Of a stretch of 64,000 nt of DNA, positions 1 through 9,821 are shown piece after piece (within the stretch, counting starts at the first letter, position 1; every line of letters starts with the position of its first letter). A program made the translations under genes and the position numbers. This DNA is from an uncultured Candidatus Binatia bacterium. GTDB lineage: Bacteria > Desulfobacterota > Binatia > Bin18. The stretch covers positions 31,659 to 95,658 of the forward strand of contig CBDEWE010000002.1 in NCBI GenBank assembly GCA_965243855.1, given 5' to 3'. The notes beneath the pieces are model-generated. The model ran no database searches and was not told where the DNA came from. It was given only the letters and a program-made list of their open reading frames with translations.

Positions 1-513
1 GGCCAGGAGGCCAAACTTGCCTTTCACCTGGCAAAGCGCCTCCGGTTTTACCAGGTCTACAAACGCCGCGTGGACGACCTCTGCAAAGTCATCCCGATTG
101 AGGCCGTCCGCGCGGATCATCGCCGCCAACGCCTGCGCGCGGCGTGTCAGGCGCTCCAACAGGCCGATCTTGACCTGTTCCAGTCGTGGCGTTTCACCAA
201 AAAGCGTCACACCTGGCTGGTCGAGTTCACCCGCTCCCCCCCGCCCACCTCGGCCGTCCATCCGGCCGAAATGCGGGCGCTGGAAGCCCTCATACTGGAA
301 GCGGGCGGGGATAAAAAATCGCTCGGCTACTGGCGGATGTGTATCCGCGCGCTGGGTAGCAACCTGATTTATCGGGCGGTCAGTGAGGCCAAGCTGTTTT
401 GTCGGGAGACCCCAGGGGCGCACTTTCCCCGTGTGCTAACGAGTCGCTGCGAGTCTATCGCTCACGAGGTCGGCGTAGTCATCAATCCACGGCGGAGGCC
501 GAAAACGGCCTGA
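1..513 (+). CDS. C-terminal part of a putative plasmid replication initiator (TrfA/RepA-like), 5'-truncated by the window
   Basis: Frame 1 is open from base 1 (GQEAKLAFHLAKRLRFYQVYKRRVDDLCK...). The basic winged-helix-like segment and the tail GDKKSLGYW...RAVSEAK...GAHF resemble Rep C-termini from recall only. Confidence 0.45.
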   Translation, partial: GQEAKLAFHLAKRLRFYQVYKRRVDDLCKVIPIEAVRADHRRQRLRAACQALQQADLDLFQSWRFTKKRHTWLVEFTRSPPPTSAVHPAEMRALEALILEAGGDKKSLGYWRMCIRALGSNLIYRAVSEAKLFCRETPGAHFPRVLTSRCESIAHEVGVVINPRRRPKTA

Positions 514-785
514 ACGGATGAGTCATAGCTCCCAGCGTGCATCGGGAAACGGGGTAGGGACACCCCATTTCCCGTCCGTTCAATCGGCAGGAGGATTCGA
601 CGGAATTATCGACGCCTTTTGTCGAATATGTCGCATTTCATGCTTAGTGCTCTCAATCCCGTCTATGCTCCTCCGACTGAAGATCAGGGGGCACGTCGTC
701 TGCGTGGGGTGTCCTGAGCGAGCGGAGAAAGGTTAAGAGGGTCTCCTTTTCCTCGGCGTCAAGCGTGTGGATAAATGTATAGGCC

Positions 786-2882
786 TCACTGCACCTCCGT
801 AATCACAAAATTCTGCTGGCTCTGCTGCCACTCCAGTGTCACTGTCTCTCCAGGCATCGGGAAGTCCGCCACCACACATTCCCCCTCGGCTCCCTGTAGG
901 AATTCCTGTCCCAAGGTTGTCACCTGTACCGTCGCTCGGCCCAACTCTACTCCATCCGCCTTGGCCACCACCATATGCTCCCCGTCACCCAGCAGATTCC
1001 AGTTAAACAACAGCTCAAAGCCGTTGTACGTGTCGCCACACACGGCTTTTGTGTCCAGCCGCTTCGTGCCATATCTCGCGGGTTGAGCCCGCCCGTTGAT
1101 CTCAATAGTCACCTCGTCAGCGTCACACACCCAGCCCCAGATTGTCCCAATGCCGCTCTGAAAGGACATCGGTCCCGGAGTCTCCAGCACGCCCCGCTGC
1201 GGCCCGGTCGACACTGGCGGTTCGCTGTGACGGAACGGAGGTACGATGTTCGGGCCTTTGATCCGTATGCCTGCCATATGAATGTCACTCAGGTTTTTGG
1301 TACCGGTCTCGTCAGACAGGAAGGTGCGGAACACATGGGTGAGTGTTCCATTTGATCCATCACGGTTGAGCGTCACCACCCCAACCCCACCGCAACTGCC
1401 CAAGGCCGCGTGCTTCACGGAGACGGGATGCGGACCTCGGAAGGAGACGATGAGCCGGCTGCCGTCGGGAGAGACATCAATGGAGTCCGGGGCAGGATCG
1501 TCGTTAAATTCATAGTCTTCATCATCCTGATTGACAAAGGGCGCCCCTTCGCCGACACACCATTCTGACCCGGTGAGGTCGATGGTTCCCGCATGTGCCG
1601 CTGCCTGCTCTTCCAGCGTTGCGTCGGGATCGTTGACAATCTTGCCCAGATCGAAGACTTCTATGACGTTTTGGATTCGATCAGCCTGATAGAGATATCG
1701 GCCGGTGGTGGGTGAGATGAACATGCCGTGGGCATCACGGCGACTGGCCAATCCCTCTTCATCGGTGATCCCCAGCGTTTTCTCTTCAAAGAATTTCACG
1801 GGTGGCGGCATATTCGGAGTTGTGTGCGAGCTGGCGCCATCAGGATAGTCAAGCGGCAGCCGATACATGATGAACACGGAGTCATCCGCGCCGGCTGCAC
1901 TCGCGGACACGCCCGCGTTGATATAGATAAAGCCACCCCCTTCCTCACCGCCACACCCGGCGCCGCTGATGACGGCATTGGTATATTCGGCAACGATGGA
2001 CATCGGTTCGGTCGTCATATCAACCACAAACAGGCCGCCCCCGCCGAGCGTGAGATACACATGCTGGTTGTTGCTGCTGGGTCGGGCGCAAACCAGGACG
2101 TTATTGGGCCGTCCCGGCCCTTCCTTGAGCGCACCACTGGGCGTGTACATCGTTTGGAAGTTGGCATACTCCCCACTCACCTGCCCGGCAGGCAAGGTGG
2201 AATCGGCCATCGCTTCCAGGGCGGTCAGGTCGCGGCCTCCCACCAAATCGAGCGTGGCGGCTTTGTTGAAAATGAAGGTGTCGGTCTCCGCATCGTAATC
2301 AATGCGTTCCAACAGCTTTGCGCCAAGATTGGCCACAAGCAACTTAGTACCGTCCAGACTGAAATAAGACATATGATTCGAGGGCGCGGAGCCTTCCGGC
2401 CCAGTGGTCCGAAAGAGGGCTTTGGACAACTTCTCCGCCTCACGCGGTCCCCCTTGAATCGGCTCGCATTGCTTGAACCCGTTGTCTGAGAGTGTACATT
2501 GTCCCTCCGCATCGATGATGCCGACCAGCCCGACGCCCGGCCCGAAAAAGTTCGCATTCATATATCGATGGGACGGATGGGGTAACATGCCGTGTAGACG
2601 CTCGACGTTCACGCCGAGTTCCGAGAGAGCGTGCGGAAAGACATCGGCAGCTTCGATAACCGCCGGCGCAAATTCCGGGTGGTCTTCAGCGTACGTTCCG
2701 GGCGCCGCCGCCATGATGTCGCGGCCTTCGTAGATGAGAATCCGGCTGCCAAAAGTTCCGGTGGGATTCCCGGTGCTGATATCGGCACTATTCGATTGGT
2801 CGGACAGCCAGACTTCCCATTCAACCGCCAGGGCATGACTGGCCGTCAACACACACGCTACGATTACGCTCATCACAAACAT
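786..2882 (-). CDS. Secreted beta-propeller-like protein with a C-terminal ~135-aa repeat domain (698 aa)
   Basis: GAGGAG RBS before ATG at 2882 and a signal peptide (MFVMSVIVACVLTASHALA). Propeller-like SxDG/SPDG motifs. The C-terminal LETPG..FQSGIG.IWGWVC...CGD..NGF.LL.NWN.LG domain also occurs twice in 33308..36079. Confidence 0.7.
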   Translation of the reverse strand: MFVMSVIVACVLTASHALAVEWEVWLSDQSNSADISTGNPTGTFGSRILIYEGRDIMAAAPGTYAEDHPEFAPAVIEAADVFPHALSELGVNVERLHGMLPHPSHRYMNANFFGPGVGLVGIIDAEGQCTLSDNGFKQCEPIQGGPREAEKLSKALFRTTGPEGSAPSNHMSYFSLDGTKLLVANLGAKLLERIDYDAETDTFIFNKAATLDLVGGRDLTALEAMADSTLPAGQVSGEYANFQTMYTPSGALKEGPGRPNNVLVCARPSSNNQHVYLTLGGGGLFVVDMTTEPMSIVAEYTNAVISGAGCGGEEGGGFIYINAGVSASAAGADDSVFIMYRLPLDYPDGASSHTTPNMPPPVKFFEEKTLGITDEEGLASRRDAHGMFISPTTGRYLYQADRIQNVIEVFDLGKIVNDPDATLEEQAAAHAGTIDLTGSEWCVGEGAPFVNQDDEDYEFNDDPAPDSIDVSPDGSRLIVSFRGPHPVSVKHAALGSCGGVGVVTLNRDGSNGTLTHVFRTFLSDETGTKNLSDIHMAGIRIKGPNIVPPFRHSEPPVSTGPQRGVLETPGPMSFQSGIGTIWGWVCDADEVTIEINGRAQPARYGTKRLDTKAVCGDTYNGFELLFNWNLLGDGEHMVVAKADGVELGRATVQVTTLGQEFLQGAEGECVVADFPMPGETVTLEWQQSQQNFVITEVQ

Positions 2883-2966
2883 GAGACACTCCTCCTCTTC
2901 TCTTCCCGGAACGCCCGGCCGCCCCACATGGGTGTGCTCTTCCCTACCCCACTTCGCCGGGCTTTT

Positions 2967-2985
2967 CCCTACATGGATTACGAGG
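2967..2985 (-). promoter_or_regulatory. Cargo-gene upstream motif, copy 1 of 6 (CCTCGTAATCCATGTAGGG)
   Basis: Read directly; points toward the 2882 start codon. Confidence 0.6.
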
Positions 2986-3306
2986 AAGCGGAAAAAATTG
3001 CCGCCCCTGCCGGGGTACTGTAGGCGGGGGGCGGATCGTCCGCCCCCCGCGGCGAGAGGCGGGCGGGCGGGCCGGGCCGCAACCGGGCCCGGCCCGCGTC
3101 GGCCCAGCAGTGCGGCCACCACGCGGCGAGCGAGACCAGCCCCAGTTCAAGCCACCTGTCTACCGCCCGCTGGGCCTAGGACCACCCTGAGGAGGGGAAA
3201 CCAGCCGGGAAACAGCACCAGAGGTCATCAACACGCAGTGCGTTCTCCAGAAGGCTCTCCTTCACTGTTTTCATCCTCCTAATACATATAACCCGTCGAT
3301 AAATTC

Positions 3307-3371
3307 TTGACTGATTCGGAAAATCCTGTTAGAGCAACCCCTTAACTTAGGACCTACCGTCAGTCCTAAGT
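3307..3371 (+). promoter_or_regulatory. Putative virB promoter with a downstream operator-like inverted repeat
   Basis: TTGACT(3307)-17 nt-TAGAGC with an extended TG. Perfect 9-bp IR ACTTAGGAC-N9-GTCCTAAGT at 3345-3371. Confidence 0.5.
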
Positions 3372-3421
3372 AATGTTCAATCTGTCCGACTCGCGTCGGG
3401 GGCAAATCCAAGGAGGTTCAT

Positions 3422-3748
3422 ATGCCTCTATCGCTATTCTCCGAGGTAGACATACCCCAATCGCTGGGCCGCTCGGCTTTCGTTCTCCTTCTCTTCGTCG
3501 CTCTCTACCCACCGGACCTCGCCTGGGTGCAAGCCCTGGGTCCGGCGCCAGGCGTAGCGGATATGTTCGGGACCTTCCTGGCCGGTACATTCACACGCTC
3601 GATGGACATCATCGGCCTCGCCGTCTGCGGCTTCATGACGATGGCGGGCGGACTTGAGGCCGGGGGTCTGGGCGGCGGAGGCGACAGCCTCAATGAGCGC
3701 CGAACGCCAGCCGGCGCACACTACACGCCACGCAGAGGAGGTTTCTAA
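3422..3748 (+). CDS. Divergent VirB2-like pilin paralog lacking the second hydrophobic helix
   Basis: VADMFGTFLAGTF...IIGLAVCGFM aligns with VADMFVDFLTGTF...VIGMAVCGFM of the next gene; the C-terminus is polar. RBS AGGAGG. Confidence 0.6.
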   Translation: MPLSLFSEVDIPQSLGRSAFVLLLFVALYPPDLAWVQALGPAPGVADMFGTFLAGTFTRSMDIIGLAVCGFMTMAGGLEAGGLGGGGDSLNERRTPAGAHYTPRRGGF

Positions 3749-4053
3749 TGCACACCCACAGACTGTTCTTTCCCGGACTGTTCATCACCTACGCCTGCAC
3801 GCTGCTCCTGCTTCCGGACCGTGCCTGGGCTCAGGCCCTGGAACCGGTGCAAAACGTGGCGGATATGTTCGTGGACTTCCTGACCGGCACGTTTGCCACC
3901 AGCGTCGCCGTCATCGGCATGGCCGTCTGCGGCTTCATGGCGATGATGGGCCGCCTCCCCTGGGGCGCGGCCCTGGCCGTCATCGGCGGCATCATCCTGA
4001 TCTTCGGCGCGGCCAACATCGTCGATGAAATCCAGGGCTTCGCGGGAGGGTAG
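3748..4053 (+). CDS. virB2: TrbC/VirB2 family pilin
   Basis: Signal peptide ending AWA, two hydrophobic helices with the GR.PW...VIGG..LIFGA pilin pattern, first full gene of the operon. Confidence 0.9.
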   Translation: MHTHRLFFPGLFITYACTLLLLPDRAWAQALEPVQNVADMFVDFLTGTFATSVAVIGMAVCGFMAMMGRLPWGAALAVIGGIILIFGAANIVDEIQGFAGG

Positions 4054-4060
4054 GCCGGTC

Positions 4061-4342
4061 ATGGCGCGCCAGCAGGACCACCTGTTCCTCGCGCTCACCC
4101 GGCCGGCGATGGTCTGGGGTGTGACCTACAACTACGTCATCATCAATATGGTCGTGACGGGAATGGTTTTCGTCTGGACCGGCTCCTTTCTGGCCCTGGC
4201 CGCCGGCATTCCGGTGCATGGCGTCGGCTACATCGCCTGCCTGCGCGAACCGCGCCGGTTTGATCTCTGGTTTGTCCGGCTACGCCTGTGTCTGCCCGCC
4301 CCGACGCGCTTCTTTTGGGGTGGCAACTCCTACCGGCCCTAG
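4061..4342 (+). CDS. virB3: VirB3
   Basis: LFLALTRPAMVWGV motif, two TM segments, between virB2 and virB4. Confidence 0.9.
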   Translation: MARQQDHLFLALTRPAMVWGVTYNYVIINMVVTGMVFVWTGSFLALAAGIPVHGVGYIACLREPRRFDLWFVRLRLCLPAPTRFFWGGNSYRP

Positions 4343-4351
4343 GAGGAACAT

Positions 4352-6757
4352 ATGCCCGCAAATACCCTGGCTCTCCGCCTAACCGGCACCGGCAAAGTCG
4401 CCGCCCAGGAAAAGCCCGTGGCGGATTTTCTGCCCTACACCCGCCATGTCGATGACGCGACCATCGCCACCAAAAACGGGGAACTTCTCCAGATCATCAA
4501 ACTGGAGGGCTTCCCCTTTGAAACCGCGGACGACCTGACGCTGGACGCCCTCAAAGACGTGCGCAACGCGCTCACCATCTCCCTCGCCAGCTCCCGCCAC
4601 ATCCTCTACCACCACCTGATCCGGCGCGAAGTTGAGCCGGATATCGGCGGGGCATTCAGCGGCTTTGCCGCCGAAGTCAACCGCGCCTGGCAGCGCCGCC
4701 TAGCCTGCCGCCGCCTGTACGTCAACGACCTGTATGTGACCCTCGTCCGTCGGCCCGCCCCGGGCCTGGCTGGCCTGGTCGATCGGGTGATGGGTCTGTT
4801 TACGGCGCGCGACATGACGCAGCAAGAGCAGGACCGGGCCGAAAGCCTGCGCGAGTTGCACGACGCGACCGATAACATGGTGTCCACCCTCGTCCACTAC
4901 ACCCCGCGCCGGCTGACCACTTATGACCGGGACGGCCGCCTGTACTCCGAGCCCCTGGAGTTCCTGAGCTATCTGCTCAACCACGAGCGCCGGCCCGTCT
5001 TATTGCCGGCCGGCCCGATCGATGCCTACCTGGCGACCAAGCGGCCGCTCTTTGCCCGGGAAGCCTTCGAGCTGCGCGGCGCGGCACCGGCGGATCGGAC
5101 CTTCGGGGCCTTCCTGGCCGTCAAAGAGTATGCGGCCCTCACCTGGGCCGGCCTGCTCGACGAGCTGACGCGCCTGCCGTTCGAGATGGTCGTGACGCAG
5201 AGCTTTGCCTACAACGAGCGGAGCGCGGCGCTCGACACGCTCGACCGCCAGGGCCGGGTACTCGACGCGGCCGCCGATGCGGCCGTCTCCCAGCGGCAGG
5301 ATTTGATCCAGGCCGCAGACGATCTGGCGTCCAACCGGATCGTCTTTGGCGGCCATCATCTGAGCGTCCAGCTCACCGGCCGCGAGGAAGCGCACCTCGA
5401 ACGCGCGCTGACCGAAACCACGGCCGCCCTGACCAACTTAGGCGTCATTACCGCCCGGGAAGACGTCAACCTGGAGCCGTCCTTTTGGGCGCAATTGCCG
5501 GCCAATCATGCCTTCATCGCGCGCAAGAGCGACATCTCCTCGCTGAATTGGGCAGCCTTCGCCAGCTTCCACAACTACCCGGCCGGCAAACGCACGGGCA
5601 ACCATTGGGGCGAGTGCATTGCCCTCCTGGAAACCACGTCCGCCACGCCCTACGCCCTCAACTTCCACGCCCGGGATGTCGGCAATTTTACCTGCGTCGG
5701 CCCGACCGGAACCGGCAAGACGGTCGTCCTCGGCTTCCTGCTGGCCCAGGCCCAGCGCCACCAACCGGCGTCCTACTTTTTCGACCGGGACCGGGGCGCC
5801 GAGATTCTGGTGCGCGCCCTGGGCGGTTGGTACGGAGTGCTGCGGCCGGGGGAGCCGTCCGGCCTGAACCCGCTCCAACTCCCGGACTCCTCGGCCACCC
5901 GGGCCTTTCTGCGGGATTGGGTCGCCACCCTGGTCCGTCCCCCGGACGGCGCGGCCTTATCGGCGACGGACAATAACATCATCGCCGATGCCATTACCGC
6001 CAACTTTGATATTCCGGTTGAGCAGCGCCGCTTGGGTCACCTACAGGACTTGTTCCGCGGGCATGAATTAGAGAGCGAGGGCAATTCGCTCGCCGCCCGG
6101 CTGCGGCCGTGGTACGGGGACGGAGAGCGGGCCTGGCTGTTCGACAATCCCGAAGACACGCTCCCCACAGCCTGGATACAGGGCTTCGATCTGACGCACG
6201 TCTTGGACGATCCGGCCGCCCGCACCTCCCTGTTGCTCTACTTGTTCTACAGAATCGAACAGGCGCTCACCGGCCAAAAGGCCCTGATCTTCATTGACGA
6301 GGGCTGGCAGGCGCTCGATGATCCCGCCTTTGAACAGCGCCTCCGGGAATGGCTCAAAACCATCCGCAAGAAAAACGGCCTCGTCGGGTTCGGGACACAG
6401 AGCGCGACCGATGTGCTCCGGACGCGCATTGGTCCCACGATTGTCGAGCAGTGCCGCACAAAGCTGTTCCTGCCGAATTTCCAGGCCCACCCGGACGCGC
6501 ATTGCAAGGGCTTCGGCCTGACCGCGCATGAATTATCGCTTGTCAAGGAACTGCCGGACACGTCGCGCTGCTTCCTGGTGAAGCACGACTCGGAGAGTGT
6601 CATCGCCCGGCTGGATTTGAGCGGCGAGGATGACATTCTGGCCGTGCTCTCGGGCCGGGCGGACACCGTTCAGCTCCTCGACACCATCCGCGCCGAGGTC
6701 GGGGACGATCCGGCCGTCTGGCTGCCGGTTTTCCAGGAAAGGAGGAAGACGTTATGA
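4352..6757 (+). CDS. virB4: VirB4 ATPase
   Basis: 801 aa; Walker A GPTGTGKT, Walker B IFIDEGW, WLKTIRKKNG motif. Confidence 0.97.
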   Translation: MPANTLALRLTGTGKVAAQEKPVADFLPYTRHVDDATIATKNGELLQIIKLEGFPFETADDLTLDALKDVRNALTISLASSRHILYHHLIRREVEPDIGGAFSGFAAEVNRAWQRRLACRRLYVNDLYVTLVRRPAPGLAGLVDRVMGLFTARDMTQQEQDRAESLRELHDATDNMVSTLVHYTPRRLTTYDRDGRLYSEPLEFLSYLLNHERRPVLLPAGPIDAYLATKRPLFAREAFELRGAAPADRTFGAFLAVKEYAALTWAGLLDELTRLPFEMVVTQSFAYNERSAALDTLDRQGRVLDAAADAAVSQRQDLIQAADDLASNRIVFGGHHLSVQLTGREEAHLERALTETTAALTNLGVITAREDVNLEPSFWAQLPANHAFIARKSDISSLNWAAFASFHNYPAGKRTGNHWGECIALLETTSATPYALNFHARDVGNFTCVGPTGTGKTVVLGFLLAQAQRHQPASYFFDRDRGAEILVRALGGWYGVLRPGEPSGLNPLQLPDSSATRAFLRDWVATLVRPPDGAALSATDNNIIADAITANFDIPVEQRRLGHLQDLFRGHELESEGNSLAARLRPWYGDGERAWLFDNPEDTLPTAWIQGFDLTHVLDDPAARTSLLLYLFYRIEQALTGQKALIFIDEGWQALDDPAFEQRLREWLKTIRKKNGLVGFGTQSATDVLRTRIGPTIVEQCRTKLFLPNFQAHPDAHCKGFGLTAHELSLVKELPDTSRCFLVKHDSESVIARLDLSGEDDILAVLSGRADTVQLLDTIRAEVGDDPAVWLPVFQERRKTL

Positions 6758-7494
6758 CTGCTGTTCGTTTCACGCCCGTCGCCTGGGCGCTGGCGGGTGT
6801 GCTGGTCGCGATCACTCCCCGTGCCACGCTGGCCGGCGGCATTCCTGTCCATGACTCCACCAACCTGGCGCAAATTGCCGCCACGGTGGCCGCGCTGGCG
6901 GACATCTACGTTCGGCAAAATGAGGAACTGACCGAAGCCCGCCGCGTCATGCGTTCCGTGACCGGCGCGCTGGGTCTGGGGACGCTGCACCGGACGCCCG
7001 AGCTGGCCGCGATGCGCCGCCGCCTGCCGGTCCTGATGTTCGACCTGCGCCGCCTGCAAGACCTGGCCGCCGACCCGGACCTGGTCCAGGCCTTGACGGT
7101 CCACCGCCGCCTGACCGACCGTTACGGCCTGCTGGAAGATACGGCCTACGAGCCGACAGACCCGGCCGCGCCGTATGCCCAAGCCTGGTTCGATGACCGC
7201 GACGCCCAGCTGGCGGCCGCCACGACCTCGGAAGTGGTCTATCAGAACGTGGCTGAGCGGGAAGACCTGTACGAGAACCTGATGGCCGAGCTGGACACGC
7301 GGGACAACCTCAAGGAGTCGGTCGATATTCTGGCCCGGATCAGCGCGGAAAACGGCCGGTTGCTCATGGAATTGATCCGGCTCCAGTCCAGCGCGACCCA
7401 GGCCGCCGCCACGGCCCAACTCGCCCACAAGACGCAAGCCGCCAAAGTGAGGAGGATGGCAGAGTATGAAGACCTCGATATGGCAGACTGGTAA
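6754..7494 (+). CDS. virB5: VirB5 minor pilin
   Basis: Signal peptide, GIPVHD motif, helical DNLKESVDILARI segment; overlaps the virB4 stop. Confidence 0.85.
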   Translation: MTAVRFTPVAWALAGVLVAITPRATLAGGIPVHDSTNLAQIAATVAALADIYVRQNEELTEARRVMRSVTGALGLGTLHRTPELAAMRRRLPVLMFDLRRLQDLAADPDLVQALTVHRRLTDRYGLLEDTAYEPTDPAAPYAQAWFDDRDAQLAAATTSEVVYQNVAEREDLYENLMAELDTRDNLKESVDILARISAENGRLLMELIRLQSSATQAAATAQLAHKTQAAKVRRMAEYEDLDMADW

Positions 7495-7861
7495 AAAGCT
7501 GGGCCTGGCCGCCGCCGTCTGCGCCTTCCTGGCGGCAGGAGGCTGCGCCCATCGGGAGCTGACGGCGCCCTGCTCAGATTACAAGGCGGCGCGCTTCCCC
7601 CCGGCGGCCATTTACGGTCCGGGCATGATCCCGTGTGACCATCCCTTGCCGATGGTCCGGCCGCCCTGGACCGCAGCCGCAGAGCCGCCGGCCCGGGTGC
7701 TGGGAGGGGAGGGCGTGACGGCCCGGGACGAGAGACGGACCGTCCGGCTCTCAACGGACGTGACCGAGAAACTGACGGCCCGGGAGAAAGAGCTGATGGC
7801 CGTGCCGGAGGGGATCAGCCCGGCGGTCGCCGCGGCCCTGGCGGCCCGCGCCCGGCGGTAG
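7466..7861 (+). CDS. Lipoprotein, putative entry-exclusion (Eex-like) protein
   Basis: Lipobox LAAGGC; lies between virB5 and virB6, where eex sits in pKM101/R388-type systems. Confidence 0.5.
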   Translation: MKTSIWQTGKKLGLAAAVCAFLAAGGCAHRELTAPCSDYKAARFPPAAIYGPGMIPCDHPLPMVRPPWTAAAEPPARVLGGEGVTARDERRTVRLSTDVTEKLTAREKELMAVPEGISPAVAAALAARARR

Positions 7862-8050
7862 CAGGCCCACGTCCGGACGCTGTAAGTGGCGAGAGGTTCA
7901 GGAGTGGCATATTGCGACACTCTCAAGAGCAACGACCACTCTGCGCCGTCCGGTTGCCCTCAACCAGAACCGGCTGCACCGACATCGGGGCATGCTCTCT
8001 CGACACGGGCTTGTCCTTGCCCCGGTCGCCGAGAGACCTGAGGTAAGCGC

Positions 8051-9067
8051 ATGGCCGCCGTCAGAAGCATCATCGAAGCGACCGAGGACGCGACCGAGCT
8101 GTACGTGCTCAACGTCTGGACCTCGTTTGACACCGTCGCCGATCCGGTGGTGGCGACCGTGGCGACCCTTTCGCTGGCCGTCCTCGGGTACACGCTGTTC
8201 ACCGGCCGGCTCCAGATGCAGATGAACCAACTCCTGCCCCAGCTGTTTCGCTGGGCGATCATCCTGGCGCTGCTGTTCAACATGCCCGAACTCCACACCA
8301 TCGCCTATCCGCTGGTGACGGAGGTGCCGGACACCATCGCCCGCTTCCTCCTCGCCCAGGCCGGCGGGCTCGACGAGGACGCCGTGCTGGGCATGATCGA
8401 AACAGTCCTGCAAGCCGGCATGAACGCCGCTTCGGAAGTCTGGAGCAGCAGCGGCTATCTCGATCTGTCCTCTCATGTCATTTCGGGGCTACTGCTGGTG
8501 ACGGCCCTCGTCCTGGCTGCGGTCGCGACCGTCCTGCTGATGTTGAGCGAGCTGGCCGTGGGGATTCTCTGGGCGGTAGGACCGTTTCCCCTGATGCTGC
8601 GCTTGTTCGATCTCGGCCGGGGCTTGTTTGAAGGCTGGTTACGCCAGATCCTGACTTTCTCCCTGGTGCCGATGTTTGTCTACTCGCTGATCGCGCTGAA
8701 TTTCACCATTCTGACCCGGGCCAACGCCCAGCTTGTCGCCGCCACCGCCGCGGATCAACTCACCCTGACCCAGATCGTCCCGTTTGTCCTGGTCGGCGTT
8801 GCCAACCTGCTGCTGCTCACCCAAGTCCTGACCTGGGCGGGGGGCGTCGGAGGCGGGGTGGCGCTTGCCATTTCCACCGGCGCCATCCTGCACGGCGCGC
8901 AAACCCTCGGCCAGAAGTTTCTCATGCCAGGCGCTCGGATGGCTGGCCGCGCCACACAAGCGGGGGCGGGGCTCGCGGCAAGGGGCGTCGCCGCGATGGG
9001 AGCGAATCGCACGGCCGCTGCCCTGCGCCACCTCCAATCCATCGGCCGGCCGGCCCAAGGAGATTAG
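8051..9067 (+). CDS. virB6: VirB6/TrbL inner membrane protein
   Basis: 338 aa polytopic; VGP...LF...R.LFEGWLRQI motif. Confidence 0.9.
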   Translation: MAAVRSIIEATEDATELYVLNVWTSFDTVADPVVATVATLSLAVLGYTLFTGRLQMQMNQLLPQLFRWAIILALLFNMPELHTIAYPLVTEVPDTIARFLLAQAGGLDEDAVLGMIETVLQAGMNAASEVWSSSGYLDLSSHVISGLLLVTALVLAAVATVLLMLSELAVGILWAVGPFPLMLRLFDLGRGLFEGWLRQILTFSLVPMFVYSLIALNFTILTRANAQLVAATAADQLTLTQIVPFVLVGVANLLLLTQVLTWAGGVGGGVALAISTGAILHGAQTLGQKFLMPGARMAGRATQAGAGLAARGVAAMGANRTAAALRHLQSIGRPAQGD

Positions 9068-9070
9068 CCT

Positions 9071-9778
9071 ATGAAACTATGGCCTGCCTTTCTTGGCGAG
9101 AGCCGCGCGGTCGCACAAGAGACGACCTTTGACGCGGCCGCGACCTGGGAACAGGAAACGTATCTCTCTCTGCGCCGTTCGACACGCCGCGCCTGGGCCG
9201 TGGCCGGCGCAGCGGTCATGCTGGCCTTCCTGGCGATGGTGTCCCTTCTCCTCGTCCTGCCGCTCAAGGAATTTGCCCCGTATGTGGTCACCGTCGATAA
9301 AAACACCGGCTGGCTGGAAGTCACCCGGGGCCTGCGCCAGGGCAACCTCACGCAAAACGAGGCCCTGACCATCGCCAATATCGTGCGCTGCCTGACGGCC
9401 CGGGAGAGCTTCGACGCGACCGACTATCCCGAGCTGTACCGACAGGTCGGCTTGTGTATGACCGGTCGGCCGCTCGACGCCTACCGCCGCCAACATGCCC
9501 AGAGCAACATCAACTCGCCGCCGAACCTGTACGGGTATGATGGCATTATCCGAGTGGAGATCAGCAGCGTGAATCTGCTGTCCGAGAGCACGGCCCTCGC
9601 CAGCTTTCGGACCATCCTCGAACATCGCGGCCGGGAAGTGGTCAACCATTGGCGGGCGGCCATGACCTTCGCCTACACCGACAAGCAATTCACCATGCGC
9701 GACCGTTTCATCAACCCGCTCGGGTTCCAAATCTCGTCCTACCGGCGCGATCCGGACCTGGCCCCGACAGCGGAGTGA
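9071..9778 (+). CDS. virB8: VirB8
   Basis: Single TM, PLKEF.PYVVTVDKNTG, NPLGFQISSY. Confidence 0.95.
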   Translation: MKLWPAFLGESRAVAQETTFDAAATWEQETYLSLRRSTRRAWAVAGAAVMLAFLAMVSLLLVLPLKEFAPYVVTVDKNTGWLEVTRGLRQGNLTQNEALTIANIVRCLTARESFDATDYPELYRQVGLCMTGRPLDAYRRQHAQSNINSPPNLYGYDGIIRVEISSVNLLSESTALASFRTILEHRGREVVNHWRAAMTFAYTDKQFTMRDRFINPLGFQISSYRRDPDLAPTAE

Positions 9779-9821
9779 CCGGCGCGCGCAAGAACATAGA
9801 GTACGACAAGGAGGTAACAGT

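Noticed and set aside
3024-3050. Perfect 12-bp GC hairpin
   Set aside because: Single copy with no T tract and no assignable role.
2883-3122. 80-aa N-terminal extension of the 778-aa ORF
   Set aside because: Arg/Pro/Gly-rich, crosses a regulatory motif; the RBS and signal peptide point to 2882.
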